Positions 1 through 14,272 of a stretch of DNA of 64,000 nt are shown here, piece after piece. This DNA is from Paraspadella gotoi (Eukaryota > Animalia > Chaetognatha), in assembly GCA_051294375.1 (NCBI GenBank), contig CM119268.1, forward strand, positions 10,825,790 to 10,889,789, written 5' to 3'. Positions within the stretch are counted from its first letter, which is position 1; each line of letters begins with the position of its first letter. Below the pieces are notes generated by a model. That model did not search any database. It saw only the letters and a program-made list of their open reading frames with translations, and was not told the DNA's origin. The translations under genes and the position numbers were made by a program.

Positions 1-534
1 GACGACGACGACGACGACGATGACGACGACGACGACGACACTGACGACGCCACCGACGGACAACAAACAGACGAGATTTTCGTGGATGAAAACTAATTAG
101 TGAAAGATAAAGAAAACGTGGGATGATTGGCAGCAACGACGACGCCGCCTCGTGAACACCGATCACTTTCACAGCCTGTGACTCAGATGAGCAAAAATGA
201 CAAGGGGAAATCTGCAATCTGCTAATCCTTCTTTCATTCTTCCTTTCAAATCCTCTTTTTATTTATTCCGGGTCAAAATTTGGTGAGATGAAGATTTAGA
301 GAGATAAAGATTTATAAAGATTTAGAGTTGAATCGGATTTGAGTCGCGTTTCACCTTTCACGTCAACTCACGCCCTCACTTCTATTTCCATTTCTCTCTC
401 TCGTCGATGAAGCGAAAAGAAAATTTCTTTCGTTTGTATTCCAAACCAATTTTGTCACATGATTGTAAACAAATTCGACACTAGTAAATAAAATTATCTA
501 AGGAACGCAGGATTTATAGATTGTTTTGACAAGA

Positions 535-570
<36 letters not shown>

Positions 571-1515
571 NNNNNNNNNNNNNNNNNNNNNNNNNNNNNN
601 NNNNNNNNNNNNNNNNNNNNNNNNNNNNNNNNNNNNNNNNNNNNNNNNNNNNNNNNNNNNNNNNNNNNNNNNNNNNNNNNNNNNNTTGGCTCACACACTC
701 ACACAAGCGCGCAAACAAGAGCCAACGGCTCAACACCGGCCTTTGAGTCGTCTCACCGTGATTTCTCGGCCACGCGCCCCGGCCATCGAGGATCACCGAG
801 GTGAAGGTTCGCGTGAAAGCTCAATTTTCACAAACGTTCTCNNNNNNNNNNTATTCATTCATTCAATAAACAAGCAATGTAAATCTTCACCCATCGAAAA
901 AAGTTCACAATCCTCCTGAAAAGGTGACGACTTTCGACGGGGCGGGTGGGTGAAGGAAGGTTCACGCTTACTCTCGTGAAAATGTTTGTGAAACTCCCAG
1001 ATATTCGAGGAGGGGGGAGGAAGAAATGGATTAAAGGGAGAAGAAGAAGTGAAAAAATAAACAAGTGGGAAGAAGAGGAAACATCAATGGTCAGTAGGGG
1101 CGGCGGAGGAAGAGGAGCAGAGAAGTAGTATCGGAGGAAGAGGAAAGGGAGTTTGACCCCCTGTGCCGAATCGCGGGGCAGTTATGACCTCGAGATGGTG
1201 AATTAGACTCGACCTCCCGTGGGGGAGGAAGGAGAAATGGAGAGGGAAGTTAATTTCCCTGTCATTCGTGTGTTTGATTAAAAAAAAAAAAAAAGAAAAC
1301 TAAAGCACGAACAACAACAAATTCATTTTTAAAAAAACCCCAAAATAACAACGATTTCTTCAATCCCGACCTTTTGAACTCTTGACAACGACGACGACCA
1401 ACCCGGTCTTCATCCACAGCAACGACGACGACGACGACGAAACAAAAACAATAACAACCTCGAGGCGTCGACGGCGAGTTTGATGTCGGCGAATCGTCGG
1501 TCGACGGCGTCGAGA

Positions 1516-1557
<42 letters not shown>

Positions 1558-1968
1558 TTCCCCACTATTCCCTCGAACCCTTTCCTTCCCAAATAAATCC
1601 CCCGGGGAAAACTCGTGAGCGATCGCGGGTCATTCTCTGGTCGTCGTCGTGGTCGTCGTCGTCGTCGTCCCCGAGACGAAAAACTCATCACGGTTTGAAA
1701 AACGTCTGATGTTTGACTTTTTAAAAGATTTTCGGTCGTTGTTGTTATCTGTTATCCCAGAGATTTTGACCACCCGGTAATAATTTTTTTTTCTAAGGAG
1801 GCTTTCTAGTTATTGATTATGCCTCGAACGAAAGACCTCGGAATCCTAACGTCTTAGTTGATTTAGTTGAGAAGTAGTGGAAAGAAAAATAATGTTTTAA
1901 TAAAAATGTGAATCTTAATGTTGCTGTGTTTTAATTTTTTTTGGTTACCCAATCGTTCATTCTGCAAT

Positions 1969-2219
1969 TGACTTTTGGCTGGCTTTTGGCTGGCTTTTGG
2001 CTNNNNNNNNNNNNNNNNNNNNNNNNNNNNNNNNNNNNNNNNNNNNNNNNNNNNNNNNNNNNNNNNNNNNNNNNNNNNNNNNNNNNNNNNNNNNNNNNNN
2101 NNNNNNNNNNNNNNNNNNNNNNNNNNNNNNNNNNNNNNNNNNNNNNNNNNTTTTGGCTGACTTTTGGCTGGCTTTTGGCTGGCTTTTGGCTGGCTTTTGA
2201 CTGGATTTTGGCTGGTTTT
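1969..2219. repeat. 11-bp minisatellite (ttttggctggc)n spanning an assembly gap
   Basis: Units are visible on both sides of the N run. Confidence 0.85.
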
Positions 2220-2918
2220 CTATTCTATGGACGTAGTTTTTTATTTGTAATTTTTACGCCAGCGCGGCGAGCGAAAAAGATTGGATTGGCTTAGGGTGGA
2301 TCGACTAAGGGATAAAGTGATTGAAGATGAAACTTCGTCCTTTAAATCTTTCATTAAATTAAATTTTTTAACGAGGAAATCTGGATGTCTAACATTTAGA
2401 AAACAAGAAACTTTTCACTGGTGACGTAACGTTTTTCTCAGGCAAAATTGATAAGAAATTCAAAATGTCTAGACATTTCAGCTCAGCAATCTAGACAAAT
2501 AGATTAATAATTCTTTCGATAAAAAAGCATAAAAAATTCATTTCTAAAGTTCAACAGCTCTATTTTCAAAATATTTACGATTCGGGCGAGGCGTTCTCAG
2601 GAAATGACGCGATAAAAACTAAATCTGATTACAAAAAATCTTTTTATCACCCTTTAAACTTGTCAACCTTGAGATTTTACAGTTTTTTTTTTTTTTTACC
2701 CCCGTGTTTTTCCCCCTTCATCCTTTCCCCTCACCCTCTCCCCTTCCGCCTCGCGATAATCACACCGCTCCCGAAGGTAAGTGTAACTGACTCGTTTATC
2801 GACGATTGTTATGTTTTGATCCTTCAACACTCGCGTATCGAATGAAAGAAACTTAGTTTCCGTTGACGATTTTCTATCATCGCTTAATTTCCGACGCGTG
2901 AAATGAATTTCCTCTTGT

Positions 2919-2955
2919 TATCATCATCGCAATCATCTATATCATCATCATCATC

Positions 2956-2988
<33 letters not shown>

Positions 2989-3087
2989 TATATCATCATC
3001 ATCATCTTTATCATCATCATCATCATCATCATCTATATCATCATCATCATCATCATCGCCATCATTATCATCGTGATCATCATCATC
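2919..3087. repeat. (CAT)n microsatellite
   Basis: Imperfect catcatcat run. Confidence 0.9.
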
Positions 3088-3451
3088 GTCGTCGTCTCGC
3101 CTCTTTTTTTTATCTCAAAAAATAAAAATTTTGAAAAAAAAACAAAAAAAAAAAAAAAAAAAAAAAACACGAAACAAATTGAGGGATGGGTGCGAAAATT
3201 GTTTTTATTTATTTTTTTGCAAAATTCGAATCGAAAAATCAACTTATAAACGCGTTTTTAACACGCGTTATAAGTTGATTTTTCGAAGTAAATCAGAGTT
3301 CGGATTACACTAAAAAAAATGGAGAGAGGAGTAAAAAGGAAAAGCTGAATTTAATTTTTGTTTTGAAATAGACAAACGTTGACTTAAAATATCTAGACAT
3401 AAGAATATCCTACATGTCTTACCCTACACGCAAACTTTTTATCAGATCGTA

Positions 3452-4070
3452 TTAAGCAGGTAGTGAATTACATACGAACATTCTAAAGTCAATATTGAAA
3501 ACATACATCAGTGAACATATAATTATAAAAAAAATTAATATTTATGTTTTATAATTTTCGCAGTAGGCTATATTTATATATAGTATTACCTTATAAAAAT
3601 CGAAAAAATTTCAAAAATAAGCTTTTCTTAATTTTGATTGCAGATTTTAATTCCTGTTCAAAAAGTTGATAAAAGAAATATAACTCATTTTTTAAAATTC
3701 TTCAATTAAGTGGGTTAAAAATTGAAAAAACTATATTAATATAATAAAAAATTAATTTTTCAGCTAAAATATAAGCTTTTTTCTAATTTTTTGACACCAC
3801 TTAATAGAGGAAATTTTCAAAAAGAGTATATATTTCTTTTATCAACTATTTACTGACGAATCCAGAACCTGCAAAAATTGTTTGAAAAAACTGTTTTGAA
3901 ATTTTAACGATTTATTGTTTAGTAACTGAGTAAAATTATGGGCACTGCGTAAATTTGTTAAAATTTAATTATAAATTTTTTTATTACTAAATGTTCATTA
4001 ATATAATGTTGTTTACTTCTCATTTTACGAATTTTTTAATTAAAGTTGAAATTTAGAATTCTTACTAGCT
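3452..4070. mobile_element. MITE family A, noisy copy within the first unit of the tandem duplication
   Basis: Collinear with 5881-6489; termini corrupted by indels. Confidence 0.65.
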
Positions 4071-4891
4071 TGTGAGTATATATTGAAATATATGTATATA
4101 TATAAAATATTTACAATAAAGAACGACGTAGTATTTATATTCTGGTAGTAATCGATCGGCAAATGTACAGATAGTCGAACTTGTAAATTTTATGCTGTGG
4201 AATCTTATCTTCCTTTAAGACCTGAAATTAGGGTGAGATAGAGATTAAAGATTAGATAAGATATTAAATATTAGATTACTCAATTCTTAGAGTCTAGAGA
4301 CCAGAGACTAATAATGATGACTAGATTTAGGAATATTAAATATTTATATTTACGTTATACACATTAGTAAAGTAAATATTGAAAAAAAATAGTTTAAAGA
4401 AAAAAAGAATGAGAGAGCAGAGTCCCTAAGGAGAGTTGAGTCCCGATATTGAGAGCGGAGAGTCGATTTTGAGGCGGAGAGTCGGTTTTGGAGAGCGGAG
4501 AGTCGATCTTGAAGAAGCGGAGATTCGATTTTGGAGCGGAGAGCGGCTGCGAAAGCCGAAACTATTCACCTGAAAGGCTTCAGAACAGTCCACCCTCTCC
4601 AATTTACGGGGGATAAATAAAGAGAGAAGAGAGAGGAGAGAAGAAGAGAGAGAGAGAGAGGAGAAGAGGAGAGAGAGAGAGAGACAAAGATATCAAAAGA
4701 ATAGAAGTGACGTTGACATGGTTTATTTCTTTTAATTCATTAAGTATTTTTGTGGTGAACTAGAGATATAAAATATAAAGATTAGCTTTTATTTTGTTAA
4801 GTTAGGCGAGAAGAAAAAGAGAGAAAAAAAAATAAAAGAAGGACGGAGAAACAGAAACAAGGAAAGAAAAAGAGAAAAAATAGAGAGAGAT

Positions 4892-4929
<38 letters not shown>

Positions 4930-5880
4930 AGAGAAGAAGAAGAGATGGAGAGAGAGAGAGAGAGAAAGAGTCTTTTATCGAAAAGGATCTGACTTGAGCG
5001 CCGTCTCAGTGGAGTCAAATCTACGACAAAGGAATACAGACAGATGATGATATCGCCTTAACCGAATAATAATGATAATAATATTGAGAATCTCATTTAG
5101 CTTTAGATTTCGCAATCGTTTAGCGACGCATCATATAGATCGGCAAAGGACATCGAACGGTCCGGCGGAGATTTTAAATTCGATCTGGTTGAGACGGAAA
5201 ATAAATAAGCGGCTATTTATCGATATACACAGCTTTGTGGCTTCGCATTGTATTTATATTTAAGGACGAAATACAAATATATATAATATATATACAAACC
5301 ACGCAATTAGTACCTAGTAAATTAAATTTACTACGATTAGATTTAACTGAAACATACGTGAAACATATCCTCCCCACAAAAAAATGTTCTTTTGTCTAAG
5401 GATCGAGAGAAAGAAAAAAAAAAGAAAATATCATTTAAGAAAGTTTCGATTTTCAACGTCAAAGTGGAGCTTCGTTCTTCCTTCCGCCTGATTACCGTAC
5501 TTGAGGCCAAAAATCGAAACTTTCCGTCGGCCTTATTGGGCCACTAATGCACATTTCGGGATTTTTGNNNNNNNNNNNNNNNNNNNNNNNNNAAAAACAA
5601 AAAAAAACACGAAACAAATTGAAGGGATGGGTGCGAAAATTGTTTTTTATTTATTTTTTCAAAATCTCGAATCGAAAAATCAACTTATAACGCGTTTTTA
5701 AACGCGTTATAAGTTGATTTTTCGAAGTAAAGTCAAGTTCGGATACATAAAAAAAATGGAGAGAGTAGAAAAGGAAAGCTGAATTTAATTTTTTTTTGAA
5801 ATAACAAAGACTGACTTAAAATATCTCAGACGAGTTAAGATACCTACTGTCTACCTAGCAACTTTTTCATCAGATCGTAT

Positions 5881-6489
5881 TAAGGCGTAGTGAAAGTTAC
5901 ATACGAAAATTCTAAAAGTCAATTATGAACAACATACCATCAGTGAACATAATTTATAAAAAAATTAATTTTATGTTTTTTAATTTTCGCAGTAGGCTAT
6001 ATTTATATATAGTACTATCCTTATAAAATCGAAAAATTTCAAAATAAGCTTTTCTTAATTTTGATTGCAGATTTGAATTCCTCGTCAAAAGTTGATAAAA
6101 GAAAATATAAATCATTTTTAAAAATTCTTTCATTAAGTGGGTTAAAAATTGAAAAAACTATATTTAATATATAAAAAATTAATTTTCAGCTTAAAATATA
6201 GCTTTTTCTAATTTTTGACCCACTTAATGAAGGAATTTTTCAAAAAGAGTTATATTTCTTTTATCAACTTTTTATGACGAATCCAAACCTGCAAAAAAAT
6301 TTTTGAAAAAACTGTTTTGAAATTTTAACATTTATTGGTTTAGTACTAGATATAAATATGGCCTACTGCGTAAATTGTAAAATTTATTATAAATTTTTTT
6401 ATACATAAATGTTCATTAATATAATGTTGTTCGTTCCTCACTTTTAGAATTTTAATTAAAGTTAAATTTAGAAATTTTACTACGCCTTA
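5881..6489. mobile_element. Non-autonomous DNA transposon (MITE family A, hAT-like)
   Basis: TIRs taaggcgtagtgaaa ... ttttactacgcctta; imperfect 8-bp flanks gatcgtat/gtacgtat; reverse-complement copy at 59322-60042. Confidence 0.8.
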
Positions 6490-6819
6490 GTACGTATATA
6501 TTAAATATATGTATATATATAAAATTTTACAATAAACGACGTAGTATTTATTCTGGTAAGTAATCGATCGCAAATTGGTACAGATAGTTCAACTGTAATT
6601 TTATCTGTGGAATCTTATCTCCTTTAAGACCTGAAACTTAGGGGTGAGAGTAGAGATTAAAGATTAGAAAGATATTAGATATTAGATACTCAATTCTAGA
6701 GTCTAGAAGACCAGAGACTAGATAATAGAGACTAGATTAGGAATATTAATATTTATATTTACGTTATAACACATTTAGTAAGTAATAATTGAAAAAAAAT
6801 AGTTAAAGAAAAAAGAATG

Positions 6820-6950
6820 AGAGAGCAGAGTCGCTAAGGAGAGTTGAGTCCCGATATTGAGAGCGGAGAGTCGATTTTGAGAGGGAGAGTCGGTTTTGAG
6901 AGCGGAGAGTCGATCTTGAGAGCGGAGATTCGATTTTGAGAGCGGAGAGC
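6820..6950. repeat. About 20-bp tandem repeat (gagagcggagagtcgatttt)n; duplicate at ~4412-4545
   Basis: Five to six degenerate units. Confidence 0.8.
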
Positions 6951-7025
6951 CGCTGCGAAAGACGAAACCCTTTCACCTGAGGTCTCAGAACAGTCCACCC
7001 TCTCCAATTTCACGGGGGATAATAA

Positions 7026-7056
<31 letters not shown>

Positions 7057-7058
7057 AG

Positions 7059-7098
<40 letters not shown>

Positions 7099-7265
7099 AT
7101 ATCAAAGAATAAGGAAGTGACGTTGACATGGTTATTTCTTTTATTCTTAAGTATTTTGTGGTGACTAGAGATATAAAAATATAAGTTATGCCTTTTATTT
7201 TGTTAAGATAGGCGAGAGAAAGAGAGAGAAAAAAAAAACAAAGAACGAGAGAGAAAACAAGAGAT

Positions 7266-7304
<39 letters not shown>

Positions 7305-8427
7305 TCTTTTATCGAAAGGATCTGCTTGGAGCGCCGTCTGGGTCAAATCTACGACAAAGGAAACAGACGTGGATGAGTAATCGCCTTAACCGAATAATAA
7401 TGATAATAATATTGAGAATCTCTTTAGCTTTAGATTCGCAATCGGTTTAGCGACGCATCGATCTAGAGCGGCAAAGGACAATCGAACGGTCGCGCGGGAG
7501 ATTTTAAATTCGATCTTGGTTGAGACGGAAATAAATAAGCGGCTATTTATCGATATACGCTTTGTGGCTTCGTCATTGTATTTAATTTAAGGACGAAATA
7601 CAAATATATATATATATATACAAACACGCAATACGTACCTAGTAAATTAAATATTACTACCGATTAGATTTACTGAAACATACTGAAACATATCCCTCCC
7701 CACAAAAATAATGTTCTTTTGTCTAAGGATCGAGAGAAAGAAAAAAAAAGAAAATATCATTTTAAGAAAGTTTCGATTTCAACGTCAGAAATGGAGCTTC
7801 GTCTTCCCTTCCGCGCTGATTGACCGTCTTGAGGCCAAAAATCGAAACTTTGTCGGCCTCTTTGGGCCACTTAATGGCCATTTCGGGATTTTTGGGCCTT
7901 TTTCGATCAAATTTGGGATTTTAGGAATCTCTGTAACCTTTTTTTGAGGTAGAATTCGATTCCTATGGCCCGCGATGGTTCGAATTCAGAGACATAAATA
8001 TCGACGAGAATGAGTTTGATGATGGATTCGTGAAGGGCTCGTTTCTGCTTGAGAGAGAAAGTGTGAGGGACAGAGAGAGAGAGAGGAAGAAAGTGAGAGA
8101 GTGAGAGAAAGAGAGATTTTCTAAAAGCGTCTAACGGAATTAAGAGGATTAAAAACGGATGAAGGTTAAAAAAGCCATTTAAAGGAAGTCAAAAATATCT
8201 CTTGTTACATTAGGGTTAGGGAGTTCACAAAACCGGTGGCAAAAGTTGGTTGTTTTTTTTTTGAAAGCCGCGACAGTCGACCGTTAATTGACATTACGAA
8301 TCTCATTAAAACGACGCTTCTCTCGTTTTTAGTGAAAAAAAAAAAAGAAAATGAAATAATCTGGTTATAGGCGAGAATTTCGAGTGGAAGTTTACATCGC
8401 ATTCCGCGCGAGAGATGAATTGCTGGT

Positions 8428-8726
8428 CATATTTTCCGAAAGCGCCCCATTTCAGCTTAAATTTAGGATAAGGTTAGGGTTTTAGGTTTAAAAGGATTGG
8501 GATTAGATTAAGGATTAAAATTTGGGATTAGATTAGGGATTTGGTTGGATATTAGTGTTAGGGATTAGCCTTAGGGATGAGGGTTTTAGGGTGAAGTAAT
8601 ATGATTAGGGATTAGGTTTAGGAATTAGGGATTAAGGTAGGGTAAAAGATTAAGGTTTGGTATTAAGCTAAATATCTAAAATTAGTTCAGATATTACAAT
8701 TAGAAATGGGGGGCTTTTGAAAAATG
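8428..8726. mobile_element. Inverted-repeat element with a degenerate TTAGGG-like core
   Basis: catattttccgaaagcgccccatttc ... gaaatggggggcttttgaaaaatg are imperfect inverted repeats around (ttaggg/attagg)-like repeats; related copy at ~19766-19971. Confidence 0.55.
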
Positions 8727-9226
8727 GTGCCGTTCGTCTCTTTCCTTTTTTTCTTGATCGGTGGCATAGAAGGATGAAAAGAGTTGAGAGATGAAAAATT
8801 TAGATGAAAGATGAAAAGATGAGATGAGAGATTAAAGAGACAAGATGAGAGATGAAAAAGATGATATATAAAGATACACTTGGTAATGGAGTGATGATGT
8901 TGTTAAAATTGTCTAAGAGAAATTGAGCCGTTGATGAAAGATGAAAAGCAATTAAAAAAAAAAACGAGAAATAATTTGTTAAACGATTGATCTATTAAAT
9001 TTTGTTTTGATATTCTTATACTAAAAGATAAATCAACAGATAAAATTGAAATTTTATGTCGGACGGCAAAGGGAAGCGGATTTTCGGAGGTTTAATTTTG
9101 GAATTTCAACATTTTCTTCTTTTTTTTTTGAGGAAAGATTATTGTGGGCTCATCCGATATTGTTTGAAATAAAACGAATTGAAAAAAAAATTCCGGCCAT
9201 CTCTCAATCTTTTTTTTCTTTTTTTT

Positions 9227-9286
<60 letters not shown>

Positions 9287-12200
9287 TTTCGCTGCCGACC
9301 ACTTTTCGTTTGAATTAGATTTTGTTCCAATAACCGCATTCGTTGTAGGGAATTCGAGATCCCGAGAGAGAGAGAGAGAAAACAAAATAACCCGAATTCA
9401 AAAATTCAAAAAATCATTATGCAATCAGCGTGATTTCGACTTTTAAAGGAAGCTCGTTGACCTATATCAGACCCTAAGCCGCTCGGTAGAAGTCTTATCA
9501 GTTTTTGATGGTTTCTTTAGTAAAACGACTGTTTTTTTTGTCATTTATGTACATGGTTTAAAATAGTATACAGAAATTTTAATTTTACCTCTATACAATT
9601 TTTAGCTCTTTCTTAACAATAATGTAAAACAAAATATTGTCTAAAAATTTCTCCTTCGTTCTTCTCCACTCTTTATCACAAATGTTTTTGCTTTCCCCCC
9701 CCCAAAAAAAAATCCTAACTTTCTCTTATCCCCTTCGAGTTTTGTCCCGAGTCCATCTATCCGTTTCGAATCCTAAACTGACGTAAACAGAGACATTGTT
9801 ACCACCGAGTGGCAGTGGCCTCCCGTCACTTTTACTCCACATCCCTCCTTACGTTTCTTTTACGCCATAAATAAAGTGATATTTACCTTTTGTCACCATT
9901 AATTTTCTCATCCGTTTACCAGACTTTTTTCGCTCATAACAAATTTTTTCTAGCTATTCATTTAATTATAATTTTGAATGACTTTTCTCGTATAATTTTA
10001 TTAAAATTATTTACTCTGATAGGAATGGTATCCATAAAGTCTTTTTTGAAATTAGATATTTATATAATGAATGGATAACTTTTGTATTTGTTGCGCCAAT
10101 ATTGCATATAGTATTAGTTCCAGTTTTGATTTGAACACGATAAAAACTTTATCCACCGCCCACTTCACCTGTTGATCTTCGACAGTGAGACTTCCGACAG
10201 TACATATCCTTGATTGCGAGAAAACGAAGCTGTGAACCGAGCGCCATAGTGAAACGAATCGTGAGAGAGCGAATGTTGAGGCCGACGATTCTCTTTCCTT
10301 CTTCCGCTTGCAGCAGAGGATGAGACCGACAACCCTTCTCTTGGCAGCTCTCGGGCGCAAAAGAAAAAAAGAGGGAAGCCAAGAGAAGAGTTGAGGGTCA
10401 GCACCCGGTGTTTCTTTCTTCTCTTTGCGTGACCAGATTTGCGACTCCTTGGATTTTTCGTCTCAATCTTCGGCCTAATTGATTTTTAGTCTGAATGATT
10501 GTAGTCGGGCATTGCCTAGGTTCACCCCGCCTATAAGCATGACACCTTCAGTCCTGACCCGGTGGCTCATTGATGATTTCCACAGTTAACTAATCATGAT
10601 TTGTTGTTTGTCACTCTTTTCTTTAAGTCTCGCCTTCTTCCCATTTACTCATTTTTGATCTCACGCTCTTAAATACTTTCTCATCCAGGTCTTTGATATT
10701 TGATCTTCCTCTCTTCATCCAATCGCGTTCAAACTTCGTTTCTCCCTTTCTCCCCAACATTCACACTCGTCCGTATTACTTACCCTCAACCTCGGACCCA
10801 AAAGTCCTTTTCTCCCTACCCCTTTTTTTCGACTCACTTACCCTAAGACTCACCGAGTCTCTCGCAGAAGGTCAACTCTGTTTTCTTTTCCTCGCTTCAA
10901 CGTCTCAACCTGAAATTGATTTAATATTCTTTTTCACCCGCCGATTGCCGTTGCCTTACAAGTGAATTAAAAAATGTTCAGTTGTTCACATGTAACTCTT
11001 TTGAAGCTTAGGTCGCAAGGTTGGAGGTCGTTGTACTTTACGAGGCGAGTTGTCTCCCCTTGTTTATCTTTGTCGACTTCTTTTTATTTTATCGCGAGAC
11101 GTTTTAATAACGCTCTCTCTCGTCTCGTCTCCGGATCCAGTGCCTCGTCGATGAGATTCCCCTTTGATCAAACTGAACATTGCTCAATGTCACATTCTTC
11201 GAAATGCTTCAGACGAGCACCACGCTTTATCTATTTACCTTCTAAACATCAAGAGTTGCGGTTTTGAAGGATTATGGCATCGGGGAGACATGTGTGTTGC
11301 CACAGGAACTTAGTGTTAGTGGCGAGAGTTTACAATCCGAAAAGCAAAAAAAAAAAGTCCAACATAGGAGAAGAAGTTATTTTTTTCTTGAAAGGAAAAA
11401 GAATAAACAAGCGCGAAAGCCGAGAAGGAACTCGTTTTGTCTTCGCAATTTTAATAAATTAATAAAAATGACAGTTGTTTTTTTCTTCTGCGTCGTCGAA
11501 GAATGAGGAACTTTCTTGGTCTTCGACTTTTGAACACCGATTGGCGATGGTCATGTTACGGTGACAACGATGGAGACGACGACGAAGACGACGGCGGCGA
11601 TTCTGGCGCCCCCGCCGCGGCGTCTAAGGGATCATGTGATGACATCGAAAGCGACGAAGTCGAAAAAGAAGATGGCAAAGAAATCTGGTCTTTTTTTAAA
11701 ATTCATGTCTCTCTCTCACTCGTTCTACACTTTAGTTACACTTTTAGTTTTACTTATCAGTAATAAAAGTTATCTCTCTTTTAAATCTTAATCAACGTAC
11801 GCAAAAGCGAGTTGCCGCCGCCGCCGCTCCCGCGCCGCCCCCGCTGCCGCCGCCACTCCCGCCGCCGCCGCCGCAGATCGATGTCGCTAACTCCGACGCG
11901 GCGATTTCTTGTCTCCCCGCGTCGACGTTGACGTCAGCGGAGATTCGAGACAAAAGAGCATTTGACGACGGGATTGTGTAGCGGGGGGCGGGGAGATATG
12001 GGGAGGGGACGTAAGTGGGGTGACGAGAAAAGAGAGAGTGTTGAAAGGAGGTAAGTAAAGATAAGTAGGTCGGTTGATCTCGTCGGAAGTTGCTTATTCT
12101 CCGCTCAGTTATTGTCCTACTGTTCTGTTGTCCTATTGTTGACGAGACAAGCAGAAGAAGTTACGTCATTGCTAATCGACCATACATGTTTCTTTAAATT

Positions 12201-12326
12201 TTACAACGAAATTTTTGTTGTTCTTTCGAGCTACTTAGGGGCGGGGGTCTCGAAGAAATTATTAAGAACTCATTATTCTTTAAATTTTGTCATGAGGACG
12301 ATAACTATCGTCGTGCGACTTGACAG

Positions 12327-12417
<91 letters not shown>

Positions 12418-13066
12418 AATGTCAATGGTATTTTTAAAATCCGAGACAAAACGAGACGTCAGGTGTTCTGGTAGACAATCGATTCGTCAAGTCGGACGAC
12501 CCGTTCGATAGTCTTGACATATCTTGTCAATCTGCGAGCGTCCGTTAGACTTTTTTTTCCCCCCTTTGGCCGCCACAGTTATATATTGCTAAACGATAAG
12601 AAACAGTAGTTTACTTTTCGTTTCTTTGTTGTTTATCTAGAAGAAGAAAGGAAATTTTAAGTAATTTTAAGTAACAATAATTTTTTTCATTTTTGCGGAA
12701 TATTGTATTCCACCAAAATAGAGGAAAAGAGAAACAATAAGAAAATGAGTAGAGCTGAAGAAAATACAGTGGAGAAAATTTAACAATGCGTAATAAATGT
12801 CTAATAAATTAAAATTTTACATTTACAACGATAAAAAAAAATTTACTATGAGTATGACGTGAACGGTTTCCATCCGTTTGTCGATGCTGTTCTTTTGTTG
12901 TTTTTTTTAAATGTGACGCTTTTTTTTTCGGTTCCGGTTCTACGAAAGGTGGACCACTGTACTGTGCGAACTCACCATTTTTCCGCGTAATCTTTCCATT
13001 TTTTTTTTGGGGCTTCAGATGTCAAAATCAGATTTCGGATTCCGAATTCAGTTTCCAGATTTCCCG

Positions 13067-13957
13067 ATGAAGTCGCTAATTTTTTTCGCTCTCTCTTTGT
13101 TTTTAGCCGGTAATTATAATATATTACTAAACTAAAATAAACCACAGACTTTAAGGTTTGTTTTGTTGTCCTCTCGACCCCTCTCTCCGCGCGCAGGTCC
13201 GGCCACCGCCGACGACGTTTGGCTCGGAAAAGCCATCTCCAAGGATTGGTTCTTCAGAGATTCGAAGACGCCGCCGATCAGGGAAATCATTTCCCTTCAA
13301 GAGATAGATGGTAGATTTTGACATGGCATAACGTGACACGCAACGGTCCAATTTTACATCCCATCGTCTTCGAATTTTTTTCAAGATGGCGACGGCGGGA
13401 AAACTTTCGAATTCTCGGCCTTCGGCAAAAAATGGCGACTGACTGGAGTCGAGAACTCGGCTCTCTTTTCTGAGGGAACCAAGTTCGAAGAGAGGACGGA
13501 AAAGGGTAAAAGTCGTTGAAAAGGTTTTGATCGATTAGTGAAATGGGATTCGGAGAAAAGTAAGGAAGGATTAGAGGTAAGTTAAATCTCTCGTGGGTAA
13601 CTTTCGGTTACATGGAGACAAGACTAAGAGTAACCAGTGGTTAGTAACCACTCCATGATGACTAATTTGTGCCGAAACGTGGTCATTTTTAGAACTAAAG
13701 GATCACTCCAAAAAAACGACCTTTTGACGTAAATTTAAGACTTTCTAATCTTCGCAACATCCCAAAAGGCGAGACCCTCTCCTCCCGGAATTGGAAGCGC
13801 GAGAATTGCTTCTACGTGGGCCGCGCCTCCACCGGAAGCGAAGAGGCGGGAGTGGCCTCGTTCTCCACGTGTCACGGTCTTCGCGCCGTCATCGTCACCA
13901 ACAGAAACGATTACGTCATCCAACCGGCGAGGAGCGACGTGGCTAAGAGGGGGATGA

Positions 13958-14040
<83 letters not shown>

Positions 14041-14200
14041 GAATTGTATTGAATTGTATTAAAGAAACGGGCTTTGGGCTACATTGTGCCCCTAAAAGCT
14101 ACATCAATTTACAAAACGATATTCACAAGTTGAAAAGTATTTAAAGATATAAACGAAAATCGGGTAGAGTTTTTATTCTAAACATGTTTCATGAAATCTT

Positions 14201-14272
<72 letters not shown>

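Larger units (their letters stand above)
3160..7893. repeat. About 2.4-kb near-identical tandem duplication (copy 1 ~3160-5567, copy 2 ~5593-7893) separated by an N gap; probable assembly artefact
   Basis: Both copies start aaaacacgaaacaaattga..ggatgggtgcg and end catttcgggatttttg. They differ mainly by scattered 1-nt indels, and the junction is an N run. Confidence 0.9.

Noticed and set aside
3160-7893. Biological segmental duplication
   Set aside because: The copies differ mainly by single-base indels typical of noisy long reads and abut an N gap; more likely an uncollapsed overlap. Read depth would decide.
10050-10404. Three overlapping minus-strand ORFs as a coding exon
   Set aside because: No recognisable motif in any frame and no partner exons I could join consistently.
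13382-13440. YY1-like promoter motifs caagatggcg / aaaatggcg
   Set aside because: They coincide with the splice acceptor and coding sequence of protease exon 3 (DGDGGKTFEFSAFGKKWR).
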